Source: Parasitella parasitica NRRL 2501 (Eukaryota; Fungi; Mucoromycota). From it: 64,000 bases of DNA. The stretch's first letter is position 1; each line of letters begins with the position of its first letter. Positions 16,153 through 29,600 of this stretch are shown here, one piece after another. A program made the position numbers and the translations under genes. The DNA lies in contig MU619250.1 in NCBI GenBank assembly GCA_025201805.1, positions 86,425 to 150,424 of the forward strand. The letters run 5' to 3'. The notes beneath the pieces were generated by a model. It was not told where the DNA came from, ran no database searches, and was given only the letters and a program-made list of their open reading frames with translations.

Positions 16153-17015
16153 ATGAAATCTGAAAACTGTTCATACCAACCACTCTCACCTTACAACTCA
16201 AACTTTAACGATCCTGGCTCTGTCTCTCCGTCCTCTACTTGTTCTTCTTCCTCCATACCCTCTCTATCGACTCCGGAGCCTGAGTTTGATGATCAAAAGA
16301 CAAGAAACAACATAATCCAGCATTTGGTCTCAAAGCCAAAGCCTAAAAAACAATACCAATGTACTCAATGTTTAAAAAGTTTTACTCGTCCGAGTGCTCT
16401 TCAAACACACTCTTATACCCATACTGCTGAAAAGCCCTTCCAATGCCAAAGGTAAGCTTTTTTTTCTTCTTTGTTTGTTGTTATATCGATGGAAACTAAG
16501 ATAACTCTAGTCCTAATTGCGGTCGCTCTTTCTCTGTTGTTTCCAATCTGAGACGCCATTTCAAGGTACACCAGAAGGCTGCTGTGGGTGACAAGCTGTC
16601 TGCTGAGGATCGATTGCGTTGTGTTCGTAACTTGATGGAAAGAAGTGATAGAATTCTAGCAACCAAAAAGCAGATCTTACCCTACAGCGCTCCTGCGCCT
16701 TATCAACCTATCTCGCAGCAACTTGAACAAAGAAGCCACTTACCGCTGCCTCAACCACAGCCATCACAGCACTATCAATACCATCTTGCCTATCATCCTA
16801 TACCTGACTTGAGCATGAACAACAACTCTCTTTTCGCTCAACAAAGTATGGCTACTTCTGGCTCAAAGCTTTCAACGTACTGGTTGAATCAGTACAGTAA
16901 TACATCCTCATCCGCTCCAAGTACTGCGGCTCCTTCAAGCCATATGAGCAACAGGTACCCTTCTTATGGTGGCAATCCTACTTTGCAATCATTTGAAGAA
17001 TCACGACATGTATAA
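16153..17015 (+). CDS. Two-finger C2H2 zinc-finger transcription factor (FlbC/Nrg1-like fingers); intron 16452-16510
   Basis: Spliced YQCTQCLKSFTRPSALQTHSYTHTAEKPFQCQSPNCGRSFSVVSNLRRHFKVH with Ser/Pro/Gln-rich flanks; TATA-like TATATAAA at ~16093. Confidence 0.92.
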
Positions 17016-17136
17016 AGATAGCAAGTCATCTTTTATGTGCTATTTTTATTTCACAATTGTATATATTTATTGATTAACTAATAGTATATGGCTTACCATT
17101 CTCTTTAACGTTCGTTTATACTATGCTTATGATTAT

Positions 17137-17137
<1 letters not shown>

Positions 17138-17178
<41 letters not shown>
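17138..17178. repeat. Poly(T) tract in the 3' region of the C2H2 gene
   Basis: Seen directly in the sequence. Confidence 0.9.
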
Positions 17179-17181
<3 letters not shown>

Positions 17182-17900
17182 TATATAATTTCATTTACAC
17201 ACGCATATTTTATTTATATACCTATTATTTCAATTATCAAATAAAAGCTTCTGTTCCTTATGTTAGTAAAACAAGCGTTTGCGTATAGAAATTTAAGCTT
17301 TTTTTTTTTCGAAGTGTAAATATAGTATATGCAATCCAAGAACTAACCAAGAAAAATAAAAGCTTATTTTTTGTATTTAAATTGAGAGCGAAAGGAGGCC
17401 TGATATGAATAAAATGTTGAATCAAATCCCATTGATCCAATTACCATGGAGTACTATTTGTTGTGATGATCAGTTTCCTTTTCTTTATTTTTGTACGGAT
17501 CCCGGGAACTGCAGTATAATACATACAAATAAATTAAATTGGGTAATCAGAAGCTTTTCATTATTATTATGAAGTTTTTTCGTGACACATCGATAGGAGT
17601 TGTTAAAAAGAAGAAATGTTCGAACATTGAAGTTTTACAGATTTTATACTAAGTTATGCAGTACTGTTTTTTTTTTTTCATGACGATACTAAGATCACTT
17701 TTTGACGATATTTAACAGGACCATGTTAGTCAATCCTGTTCAGGAAGAGTGGGTCGCCTTCTGTAACACAGCATTTCAACTAAATCAATAAAATTGTACA
17801 TTTTGCGTCCATTCACCGAATGTCTCATTCTGTAAAGTAAAGTGGGAAAAGAAGGGCGACAAGGCCTTTATTACTAACATAGGGTGAAAATGCTTCATGC

Positions 17901-20175
17901 TTATTTTCTGGCGTTTTTTGTCAGAGTAGCAGTTTCGCTATCATCCAAGCTATTATAATATTTGTCATTAGTGAAGAGTCATATGATTGACCTAAATTTC
18001 GACTTACTGATCATCGTCGTACTCATCGCCTTGATCTACGTGTAACAGCGCACTCTGCTCGCCTCCTTTATCACCACCTTTTGAATGGTTATACCCACTG
18101 CCACTATTCTTTTTATAACGCAAATCCGATAATTCGACGTTTTTGGTAATAGGCGGATTATCACCATCTTCCTCCTCATCTGTGAGTTCGCCGCCCAATT
18201 CAAATATCGCTGTTTCATCGTCCACCCTACGATGATTTGCATGAGATCCTCCTGATCCATTAGAATTGCTATTTCCGCCCTCTTGAGTTTCTTGATCTTC
18301 AGCTCTTCGCAGTCGCTCTTCCAAATCCAAAGCTTCCTCTTCGTCTTGACTGATTTGCATCAAACCGTATCTGGCATTGTTTCTAGTGGGTCTCCATAAA
18401 ACCACAATAACCAAAAATACAATAAAATACAGCACGTTCAGTAATCCATCCAGCATGACCCAGCGATATTTCCAGTTGTTTGCTGCCCAGTCAATCGCCA
18501 TACGCCCAGAGAAGGCAAACATATTAATGATGAAAATTCCAATGACAGCAAGCACTGAGAATAGCAAGAGTCGATAGAGACGTTTGTACATGAGCACCTT
18601 GACATGCTGCTTGCGTAATTCCAAATCACGGATGGTGTTTGTGATGGAATTGAGCGTCCAGACGTAGAAAATCGTCATGGTAATGGACAAAGGGAAAATG
18701 ACCAACAGAATCAAAAGACCAGCCGTCTCTGGTGACAAGAGCATTGTACCTAGTGTGTAGATTACACCGAAAAAGAAATGGGTGCAGGCAAGGACGATGC
18801 ATTTCTTCATCATGGAGCCAAGGCTGGGTCTATTGTGAAAGTTAGTAAGCTAAACGTGTCTGAATTCCATAGCCAGACATTTACTTGACAACACTGTAAC
18901 CCATGCACACGATCAAAAGCATAAAGAAGGACATGCTATTATCCAATATTTAGTACATGGCTATCCGCTACAGTACTGCAATAAATACCTTGTTCTACCT
19001 GCATTTAATAATGCAACAAGTGCCAGTAATCCATAAGCTTTTTTTTTTTTTTTTTTTAAAAAAGAAAAATAAGACTTTACTATCTGTGTCCATCCAGAGA
19101 ATTTCATCAAACTTACATGTCTTTCCACTCTGATTATAAGCTTCCCAAAAACCGAAATTGAATGCCATTTCGACAATCAAATAGAATATTGCTGCCGACA
19201 AGAATTGCTATACAATGCTTGAGTGCATTTGCCCAACGAAAAATCCGCACACAGGCCAACTTACTTGAACGGGTAAAATGTCCTCCCAATTCCGATAACT
19301 TTGGATAAACCAAAATATGCCAACGGCAAAGTAAACACAAGCAAAGGCCCCATACAGCTAGAGCATTTGCATGTTAATCAAACCGAAATTACCCACTCAT
19401 TGCATACTATGCAGCACAACATACCAAAAGTTTAGGATAATCAGAGGCTGGTAATTCACCATAGGGGTGCTTCCATTCAACCCAAGCCTCAAACCAAGTT
19501 CCATTGTCTTTTCCTGCAGGAACCAAAGCCACACAGTAGTAACCTGTATTCTCAACCTTATACAAGGCCATTTCAGTTTGGTTGCCTGTCATTGTAAACG
19601 TAGATGTCAAGATGCTGGAGCTATTCTTTTGATCAGATGGGAGATTGGTGATGAACTGGCCAATTTCAGAAGATGAGCACAGCTTATGTGAAACTGCTAA
19701 TTGGTCGCAAACATACACCATCTGATATATGGAAGCTTGGTATGACTAGATGTATATGTATATATAGCATGTATACGGCTTACCTCTCCACTTTGCTCAT
19801 CGTATGCTCCAAGGTGTTCAAAGTCTTGCCATTCATATATGAGCAACGCTACATCGCCATGAGATTTCTTACCGATAGAGACTGCATGCATGATATTTTG
19901 TCAAGATTTTTCAACTAATGTCTAATTTAATATACTTGCCTTGTATGAAAGGTTGAGAGCCTCCAGGAATAGATTCTTTGCTCCACACACCTGAGCAAGA
20001 CGTTGCTGAATAGTCGTCGCTAGTCTAGCATAATTGCATTAATCTTTGCTTTTCTTGCTTATACTCGAAATATGTGAATTACCAAAGGAACTTCCTCGGC
20101 GTTCAACGTACTGATCAAGGTGGCCAAGAGGAAAACGAGAAAGTATGCTACTTTCCAAGCCTTGATGTTTGTCAT
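17901..20175 (-). CDS. PTM1: Ptm1/TMEM87 (lung seven-transmembrane, GOST family) protein, multi-exon
   Basis: Signal peptide MTNIKAWKVAYFLVFLLATLISTLNA; YKVENTGYYCV, WKHPYGELPASDYPKL and LWRPTRNNARY; acidic tail. The apparent stop at 18004 overlaps a GTAAGT donor (intron 17950-18007), giving the end HLDDSETATLTKNARK*. Confidence 0.88.
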
Positions 20176-21543
20176 TTTTGTGATTTAGTTGAACTTGGCT
20201 CGGTCTGTGTGTATATGTGTTTGTTATGGTGAGTCTATTGCTCCGCTTTTTTTTATCAATATTATACACTATGATTGAGATGTTTGAAAGATTTAGCAAT
20301 AGGGTTTCTTTGGAAAACTACAATACAAAGGAAAGGGCCATCTGTTGTTTCGCGACGCATTTTAAATTTCTCTTTGGGCGCATATTATTCGCTCAAAGAG
20401 AAAAAGAAAAGCGCATGCTACTGTTTTTGGTGTGTCAAGAAAACGGTGTATTAGGAAGAATACAATCGTTTAGCGTATACTAGATGTGTAGCCCCATATA
20501 AAAATTATTATACTGTGGTTTTCTGAAATGATTATCAATAAGGATCTTGAGCATGTTTTTTTTATTACAAATGGGGCTTTTTAAAATATGGAATATGAGT
20601 GAATGTCCAGCCAAGAGAAGGCAATGCCAATAATTGCATCGTAATTGCAAATGTAATATAGTGCATATGTTACTAAAGTGTTATTACTACGATGCTGGCA
20701 ATACCATTATTGCTCTGCAAGTACGTTCCAGCAAATAACGACGCTTTGATTTGCAGCTTTCTTTGCCTTGATCTACCTGATCTTCTTTTTTTGAGCTCGA
20801 ATCTAATATGGATGGTGAAAAAATTCGACCTCCTCCAACACATGATAAAAAATTTGGTTGTTTTCTATCAATCTCTAAAGAAAAACAATTATATACAATA
20901 CGGCTCTACATACGTTTGTAGATTATTTTATTGTGCATCTAATAATATGGTTTTTAAATATGATTCAAATCAAAAAACCTGAAGAGCTTGCAATTGAAAT
21001 GAAATGTGTTTTTCGACTAAAAAGTCGATTTCTTGTATGAGTATTACTAGAAAAGGCAATTGTATATCAACCTTAAAATAATACTGTATCTATATTCTGC
21101 GGCGGTTTCGTGTATTGATCTTTCTCTGGTATAAGCTCATAGAAAATAATTTGAAACATACCACATTTCAGAACCGTTTGATGTGGTTTTGAGTGTGTGA
21201 ATCGGTCCATAATGGGATAAAGTAGACTAAAAAAAAAAACTACCCCCGTAAAGAAAGCTTACTGAAGACTACAAAGCAAGGTTTCCATTCGTTAAACATT
21301 TCATAATACCTTCATGATAATATTTGATTAAATTAGTTTTTGGCATGCAATAACGTTGAAATTTCCATTTGTTGGTAAGCAACCAGCAATTGTCCGGAGG
21401 ATCACAGATTTCTGTCGAAGCAATACCGCAATGTCACGGAAAATTCCGGGCAATTTTTTTTTATGGAAGGCTTGCTTTTGAGAAAGAGCATTTTGTGGAT
21501 GCCACAGCCAACAAGCCTTAAAGAACCTCCTCTTTTTATCAAT

Positions 21544-22363
21544 ATGTCAGACCGGTATGTCATATTAACATTTTAGAGAAACAATCAAAAATAGTAGACG
21601 GATAGAAGAAAGACAGATCGAGGGATAACTGTTTACGCTGATGAGATGGATATTTCGATGGATGGATTGATTGATAGATGGATAAACATGTCTCTGTTAT
21701 AAATGATGCTCAACATGTGCCTCTTGTTTTTTTTTTCTGCATTTTAATGGATATAAAGCAAAGCTCACATTCACTTGTAAACATGGCAACCATATTTACT
21801 CGGCTGTTTTTTTCATCGCTTGTAGTAGTATTAACATTTCAACATGTTGATATGCTTGATTTTACATGAATAAGGGTCTCCTCAGCCAGCCCCTTTGGAT
21901 CTAATCGCAAGTTGACAATATCCTCTCTTCTGTCTTTTTCTATTCGTCTATCATCTCAATCACTCGACCGATTTATTAACCTCCTCTGTAAACCATCTAG
22001 TCTTTACAGTAAGGGCCGTGTTTTGGGTTTCGAGCGTGCTAAGCGTAACCAAAACCCCAATGTCTCTTTGATCCAAGTTGAAGGAGTCCAAACTACTAAG
22101 GACGCCCAATTCTACCTCGGTAAGCGTGTTGCCTATGTTTACCGTGCACAACGTGAAGTCAATGGTTCCAAGATCCGTGTCATCTGGGGTCGTATTGCCC
22201 GTACTCATGGTACCAATGGTGTTGTTAAGGCTCGTTTCAGAAAAAACTTGCCTCCCAAGGTCTTTGGTGCTTCCGTTCGTGTTGTAAGTATCTGCATGAT
22301 AAATAATCATTCGATTGATCAACTAACTTGTACTCACAGATGCTTTATCCTTCAAACATCTAA
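21544..22363 (+). CDS. RPL33: 60S ribosomal protein eL33 (L35a/L33); introns 21555-22000 and 22284-22339
   Basis: MSDR|[29 protein letters not shown]...[28 protein letters not shown]...VRV|MLYPSNI*. Confidence 0.97.
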
Positions 22364-23482
22364 ATTGTATTGTCTGTTTTTTTTATTAACCCATAATAAA
22401 ATAAAATAGCTGTTAGAAAAAGAAACCTTGGACTTGAATTATTGATAATAGCTGTCGAATTGGGCATATCTCAATCTATTATCTGATACAACCCTGAATG
22501 TCAATTTTGTTTTCTTTTTATCCAATCAGATAAATGTTCTTGCTTTGAAACATGCCATGGAAAATGTGCTTATCAGATTGGAAAAAGCGGCTCTTTTACT
22601 TGATTAACAAATATGTTGAGAAATTTCATCAACAAATCTGCTACAACAAGCAGTAGGGTCTCGGCCAAAATGTCTTTTATGTTGACAACAGCATGGTTTT
22701 ATCATGAAAAGGTAATTAGGGCCCCATTTTTTTTTTCTTACTTGAATTTTTTGATATCCAATTTGCAATCAAGTTAATTGATCATGACGAGAAGTCCCAC
22801 AATGTGAGATCTTTCCCAACGAGAGACCTCAATGTCAGCACGGGACTTGTTGCGATGTCATGAAGCTTTTAATTAAAGTCGATGATGCTATTGGTAGGAT
22901 TGCCGTGACAGAGTGGGTATGTGAAATGACATTGGATCTTAAAAACATGGAAATCGCACTTGCCCACCTGTCAAACTCCATTGGCTCCAGTAAGTATTTT
23001 GGCAAATCATTCATCATCTTGGATGCTGTCTGATTTATTGCCGCCTGTTGGTGCTCGCCGAGGATGCCATTAAATCAGCTATTAGACACTACTAGTCAAA
23101 GCGTAAAACATTGCACGCTGCATAACAGATCGTTTGCTGGTAACACGAAAACACCATCTTCAAACGCCTCTGTCTTGTTTCCACCCCCTCCTTTTTTTTT
23201 TTGGTTGATATGATGGAGAATCAACTACGACAGCGTCTTAATCATCATCTTAATATACAGACTACTGCTGTTACGCTACCAACTATGATGCACCCATAAG
23301 AGTCTAAATGCCACCCTCAAGTTTCTTGATAAATAAAGCTCTATCTTGTAATGTGGACATCTTACTAGGTGGCGTGTGAAGAGCGAGAATAGCAAGGAGT
23401 TGGTTTAAAAAGGGGGATGTTTGTTTTATTCTTCTCTTCTTTATCCTTTTTTTTTTTCTCTCTCTCTCTTGAAAATTTTACC

Positions 23483-24753
23483 ATGCCAGCGGTTTATACC
23501 GTGTTTTTAACCATAGGCTTGTTGATATCAGGTAACGTCTTGTTTGTGTACACATGTAAACGAGACCACGATTGGCTAACTATGCGAAAATTACCCAAGG
23601 CGTTGGTATTCCATTGATATTGACTTACCAAGATAACCAAAAGATCTACGTCAAACAGGATGATGGCAAAGACGGGGAAGAGTTTTATTATTTCAGTCAG
23701 CCGTTGCTCCAAACATCCATGATATTCTTGGGCGAGCTCATCTGTATCTTGGTGATTCATCTTGTTACAAAGACTCCCTCTATGCTTGATCGTTCGATGC
23801 TCGAAGCTGTGCAGCCGCATAATTCCAACTCGTACAGTGACTATAACGACTGGGCTATGCCTCGCACCTCAACCTGGTCTTGGTCTGCTGCATGGTTTAT
23901 CCTGCCTAGTGCATGCGATTTGATAGCTACCACCGTAAGACGCTCTTTTAACCAGGGCAGGGCATAGACATGTATCTAACGTTGCTTTTTCAGCTGCTTA
24001 ATCTAGGACTGATCTATACGACTCCTTCTGTGTATCAAATGATGAAAAGCAGCATTGTCGGCTTCTCTGCCATTTTTAGCTGTGTTTTCCTCTCTCGCAA
24101 GTTCTTTAGCAAGGAATGGATATCTATATCGGCGATACTTTTGGGCACATTGGCCATCATTGGCTCCGTGCTGTATAAAGACAAGGTAAACTACCTAGGC
24201 CCTGTCTATTTGCTCGTAGCACAGCTGTTTGTCGCAGGTCAGTTTATCTTGGAAGAATATCTGATGGATCGCTATCAGCTTGATCCCGTCAGAGCCATGG
24301 GCATTGAAGGCGTATTCGGCACTTTTTTGTTGGGCGGTGTGTTGGTTATCACTGCGCTATTTGGTCAGAACGAATTCGACATTACTCAAGGGTTTCAAGA
24401 TGTGGTTAACTCTTACAACTTGTGGCAAAGCGCCCTTTTGTTGGCATTCCTGGTGGCCATCTTTAACTTTTTTGGTTTGGCGGTGAGCTCCAACATTGGT
24501 GTTCCGGGACGCAGTATGATTGACACTTCAAGGTTTGCCTCTTGTAATTTGCTCCACTTGATAGTTAATTAACAACTTTCTCTATAGAACAATCCTCACT
24601 TGGGTCATCGCTATTCATTATGGATGGGATTCGTTTTCTTGGCTGGAGCTCGTTGGTTTTACCATTTTGGTCTTTGGCGTGTTCATCTTTAACGGCGTAT
24701 TTTCTAGCTTGAAGTCAAGCGTTGTAGGCGAATCAACTCCACTATTATCTTGA
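23483..24753 (+). CDS. SLC35F6-like (DMT/nucleotide-sugar transporter family) membrane protein, 4 exons
   Basis: FSQPLLQTSMIFLGELIC, LPSACDLIATT|LLNLGL, SVYQMMKSS, AGQFILEEYL, GIEGVFG, IFNFFGLAV and RSMIDTSR|TI match this family. Confidence 0.88.
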
Positions 24754-25399
24754 GTTTCCCACGTATGTAATAAAATGTTTTTATACAAATATTATGTCGT
24801 TCGATCCAATTAAGAGGGAACAACGATGTCACTTGCATACACATAACATTCTATGTGACAAAGGGTTGTTAGCGATCTGCACAATATTTTAAAGGGATTC
24901 TGTGTGTTTCAAAATAATACTTCTAACCGCAGAAAAGCCAGGTACCATTTTACATACCGTAAAAGCTGAAAACACCTGCAGCCGTTGACACTTGCTAAGC
25001 GATCACTGCTTTGAGTTTGATAGATGCTACCAGCTTATAAAAATTGTTATCTAACCTGCAATTAATAAGCAACGCTGGTTTGTGATTCTGCAAAGAAAAC
25101 AACCAATACAGCGCAATGCTTGCACTTGTAAGTAAGCATTCCATTCTTGAAATCAGACTTTTCAGAGTTCGCAAAACACTGACGATGGCTTCAAAACACC
25201 ATTTTACAGGTCGGTAACCTTGGTCATTTATAGGCCCATTATTTCCAAAATAACTCTCGGTGATAAGCGCATCTAGACCCTGCCTCGATCAATTCTATTA
25301 ATTAGTTGGTCGATTCTCAAGGTCTCTCCTAAAAATAAAGGAAAATGTAATATAGCTACGGGAAATATTGTACTTGGTAATAGCTTCCTTTATGGCTGC

Positions 25400-26200
25400 T
25401 GCATTGAACCCATGACTTAATCTTGTGCATTTGGTTCAGCTCGGCTCTAATTTCTTTCAAGGCATATGAATGTAACCGTATGTTGGGTAGTTTTGTACAG
25501 TCATTATCCATGTAGCCACTGCTGTCAATATTGAATTTGCCGAAAATAATACGGAGAGCAAATATGCAACTAATACCATTCTTCATTTGCTTATTGTATA
25601 GAGTTGAGCATATATCCACCTTATTTAAGTGCGGATTGAATCACTTTATGCTGTGCAGTAATTATCTATTACCTGCCTTCTGATCAAGGAACTAACATTC
25701 ATCATTCTTGGCACATGCTATTGGTATTAACGATACGTGATGGCAGCATTTTCTAAATCTTGGCAGCAGAAGACGGTGTACCCAAATTGTATTTGGATGT
25801 ACTCAGCAGTTCCTCCTGCCTTGATATTCTATTACTTAACAACTAGTGTTGATGAAAATAAACTTTTCATTGTGTGTCATGTTGTCTATCAAAATCTTGT
25901 AACTGTGTGACCAAATATTTGAACAGTTGTGCTTTCCAGAGTACTTGCTTCAGGAAGCTTTATTCCCCGCCTCTACAACTGAGAATGCTCTGGTTGCAGC
26001 CACTATCAACTCATCAGCTCGTTCTATATCTTTATCCTCAAAGCCCAAAATGTATGCATATATTTAACAATGTCGCCAACGAAAACAAAGAAACACAAGA
26101 CCGCAATAGAGGCTGATTATAAGACTTTCTTAACAATGACACTCATGAGATCATTCAGACATCTTGAAAAATTACAAAAAAAAAAGTTGAAAGGGCTACA
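25400..26200 (+). mobile_element. Possible heavily decayed MULE-like transposase remnant
   Basis: Only fragmentary motifs across frames: C..NYLLP(C) (SWIM-like), IHHSWH, and (GR)PTKTKKHKTAIE resembling the GRPKxTKR C-terminal motif. Many stops. Confidence 0.3.
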
Positions 26201-26651
26201 GAAAGTGAATCATGCAGCATTCATCAAAAAGACCGAATCTCTGGGTTTATTTATGAATAAATGCAAATGTAAATGCTGAGAGCCAAGCTCTAACTAAATG
26301 TGTATCTCCATCAAATTTGGATGGTCTAATAGGCACAAAGAGCACCTTTCTCGTACAATACAAAAAGTAATTATGCTTCATTATACTTTTTGAAAGGTTT
26401 CAAGTCGATTTGGTTGATTGTGAACACATCCACACAAAGGTTGAAAAGGATTGACAAAGAACCCCAAGACCTCCTGAGTACATCTGTTCATTCATTTTGT
26501 ACCATAAGACACACATTGGGGGGAGGGGGTTCTTTGTATTAATCTCTTTGATTCATGTCCCTTTGTGCAAGCCGGTATAAAAGAGGGCCATTTGTCGCAG
26601 AGATAAACAAAAACAAAAAAACTTTAAAAACGAAAAACTTTAAAAATAACA

Positions 26652-29600
26652 ATGAGCAATCAAAAAACAAAGGAAACCAAAGAAATTTATTACCGGTGCA
26701 TAGTTTGTAAGTTATTGGACGTTATCATTTCTAACAGTTGCATGGCCATTAACAGCAACAATCAATCATTTGTAGATGTCGGCGATAGTGACATTAAATT
26801 CTCTTACTTTTCGGAAGGAAATCGAGATGAAATAAGAGCCATGAGACGGTAAGCTTTATAAAATGCTGCGTATAGTAATACCTTGCTTCAAGTGTTAACT
26901 TTAGCTTTATTAAATAGGGAACCCAAGCATGATAAGTTTTTAAAACTTTTGCAAAGTGTCAAGCCCTCTGGCAAAAAAATCGAAAACTGTGATAACGAGT
27001 TCAAAGGTCTCCACAAGTATTTGGATCAGTTGATTGAATCTCGTTTCAAAATTCTTACAAATCAGGGCATTGGATATTGCTTCGTTTTACAGGACTACAG
27101 TCTTGAATACAAGGAGGCGTTACGCATCGCCCTTGACACTTCAGGCTTTTGCACTCTCGCTGATGCTAATCAAGTTTTAATTCTCAGTGATGTAGAAGCT
27201 GCGGCTTTTTCTGTTGCCAGAGAAAACACTGAAGACATTATGGTTGTTAGCTTGAAGAACGATCAAGTGATAACAGCAAATGTATCCAAGCAAGCAGTGA
27301 AAATCATTGGCAATGCAGAGAAACTCAACGCTAATCTTCTGTCCAATCTCAAGAATGAATTTACCTCTTTGGTCCAGGAAGCACTTCGCACATCCAGGAT
27401 AAAAACAAAGTTGCCTGAACCGTCAGCTATAGATTTTGATGCTGAATGGGAGCACTTTAAGAAAAACTCGCAGGTATGTAGGCCTACTCATATGTCGCAC
27501 CTTCAGCTCGTCTCATTGACTTTATTTCGCAGAATTTCAGTGAAGATAATCAAGGCGCTATCACTTTTCTCTTTAAGCACTCGCTTGAAAATCTTATAAC
27601 TACTGCCCAAGAAAGCGGAAAACTTTTGCAACCCATCAAGGATGCTCTCAATAGCATCGAAAAGATTGATCGCAAAGGAAACAAGCTTGTTGTCCTTAAT
27701 GATTTGGGTTACTTCAGCGGTTATATTAACAACAAAGTGAACATTCTATCTCCCAAAAGCTCTCAGTCCCATGAGACAGCATTAAAAGTGGTGGTGGAAG
27801 TCAACGAATGTCTACAAAGTACAAAAAAAAATTATGATCATCTTTGCGGAGAATTATGGAAAGAACAAAATTGTGGCACGAATTACGATGCAGTGAAAAA
27901 AGAACACGACAGAGCTACCCAAGAATATGAAAATGCTCAGAAAAGATACGAGGAAGTTACCAAAAAGGAAAAAGACACCTGGACCAACAGTTTCACCGTA
28001 ATAGAAACTGACAGTTTGATGAAGGGCGTCTGCGTAGCATGTAAACCTATGGTTTCTGATGTTCCTGCCTCTGTAGGCGAAAGAACCTTCGGTACCAAAG
28101 AGATCCTGTCTCTGGATGAGAGCGATGAAAAGATCATATCAATCGGTATGCGATTCTGTTTCAAATGGAGGCAATTTATTCTAACATTTTTTTTTTTCGT
28201 CAAGATTTCGGCACAGATCGTTCAAAATTCGTAGTTTATGAGAAGAAAGATGGCGAATGGATCAGGCAAGTAGATTTTGTGTTGTAAATAGAGAGGAAAA
28301 CAAAGGCTCAACCTTTTTTGACATCATGTAGAGTTTTGAACGATTCCATCCTCTCTGTCGCATATTATGATGACAAAGGCAATAAACAGTGCTTTACCGG
28401 CGACGAGGCTTTGGCCAAATATCTAGACCCCAGCACGAACATTGGTAATCAAATACTCCAGAGTTTCAAGCTCCTGCTCGAGAAGATAGAAAACTACGAA
28501 AACATTGATTACATTGTAAAAAAGATCGCAAACTTTCTCAAGACAATTTATGAAAAAGCCAATATTAAACCTACAGACGAGAATGTGCGCTTCTGCTTTA
28601 GCTATCCTTCAGTGTGGAGCCACCGTGCGACACTGGTGATGAGACAAGCTGTAACAGTCTCTGGCATCCAAGTTGATGCAGGCAATGTAAACAAGGTGCT
28701 GATGATTCCTGAAGCAGAGGCTGTAGCAATCGCCTGTGCTGAATCTATAAAAGCCAAAGCAAAAAAAGCATCCTTGGCTCATGACATGGATATTTATTAC
28801 CTTATCTGCGATTTGGGTGGAGGAACCTCTGACATGTCTGTACACAAAGTTTCCAAAAATGGAAATAACAAGATCACTCAGATTACTCCAGATGACGGTA
28901 TTCAGTGCGGAAGTCATTTGCTTGACAAGAATTTTATCGATTTGGCCCGAGTAAAATGCTTTGGACAGGATGTCAGTCCTAGCCCTGTAGAGCTCGCGCG
29001 TATGGGTCATAAATTTGCAACAGAGACCAAGGTAAGGATGCAAGCGTGAAGGCACAACATCTGTAGTGAAAATTAAAGAAAAGAGAGCTAAACATCTGTT
29101 ATTTATGTTAGATCAATTATGATGGGAGCAAAAAAATCGAGTTCAAGCATGATTTTGTCGTTCAAAGCAAAACGGTGACCATCCACGTTACAAACGAGGA
29201 GTTGAAGGAGAAAGTTTTCAACCCAGTTTTTAACGAAATTATCGATACTATTAAACGTGTTATTGAAGAAGCCGACATCAAACCAGATCTCATCTATTTC
29301 TCAGGCGGCCTTTCTCTTGCCAAAGCTTTTCAAAAAGAAGCTAAGCATTCATCATTTGCCTCTAAATTATTCTTTAAAGACGATGGCGGTGATTGGGATG
29401 TTGTCACTGGTGCTGCAATGTTTGCCATGGACCCTGAAATCATCACTGAACGAGCCATTAAAAGACCCAGCTTTTTGGAAGCCTACTTTTGTTATTCCAA
29501 TAAAAGTGACTCATCAGTAAACTCGAAGACGATTAATGGTACCAAGTACTCGAAAAACAGAATATTAGACCTGTATGATAGCAGTAGCGTAGAAAACAAC

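Noticed and set aside
17700-17940. Possible U3-like or pseudoknotted ncRNA on the + strand
   Set aside because: Boxes B, C and D are absent, and part of the pairing lies in a Ptm1 coding exon; better explained by Ptm1 3' exons and introns.
22987-22997. ATACTTACTGG on the - strand, resembling the U1 snRNA 5' end
   Set aside because: One C is missing, and there is no U1-70K loop, U1A loop or Sm site.
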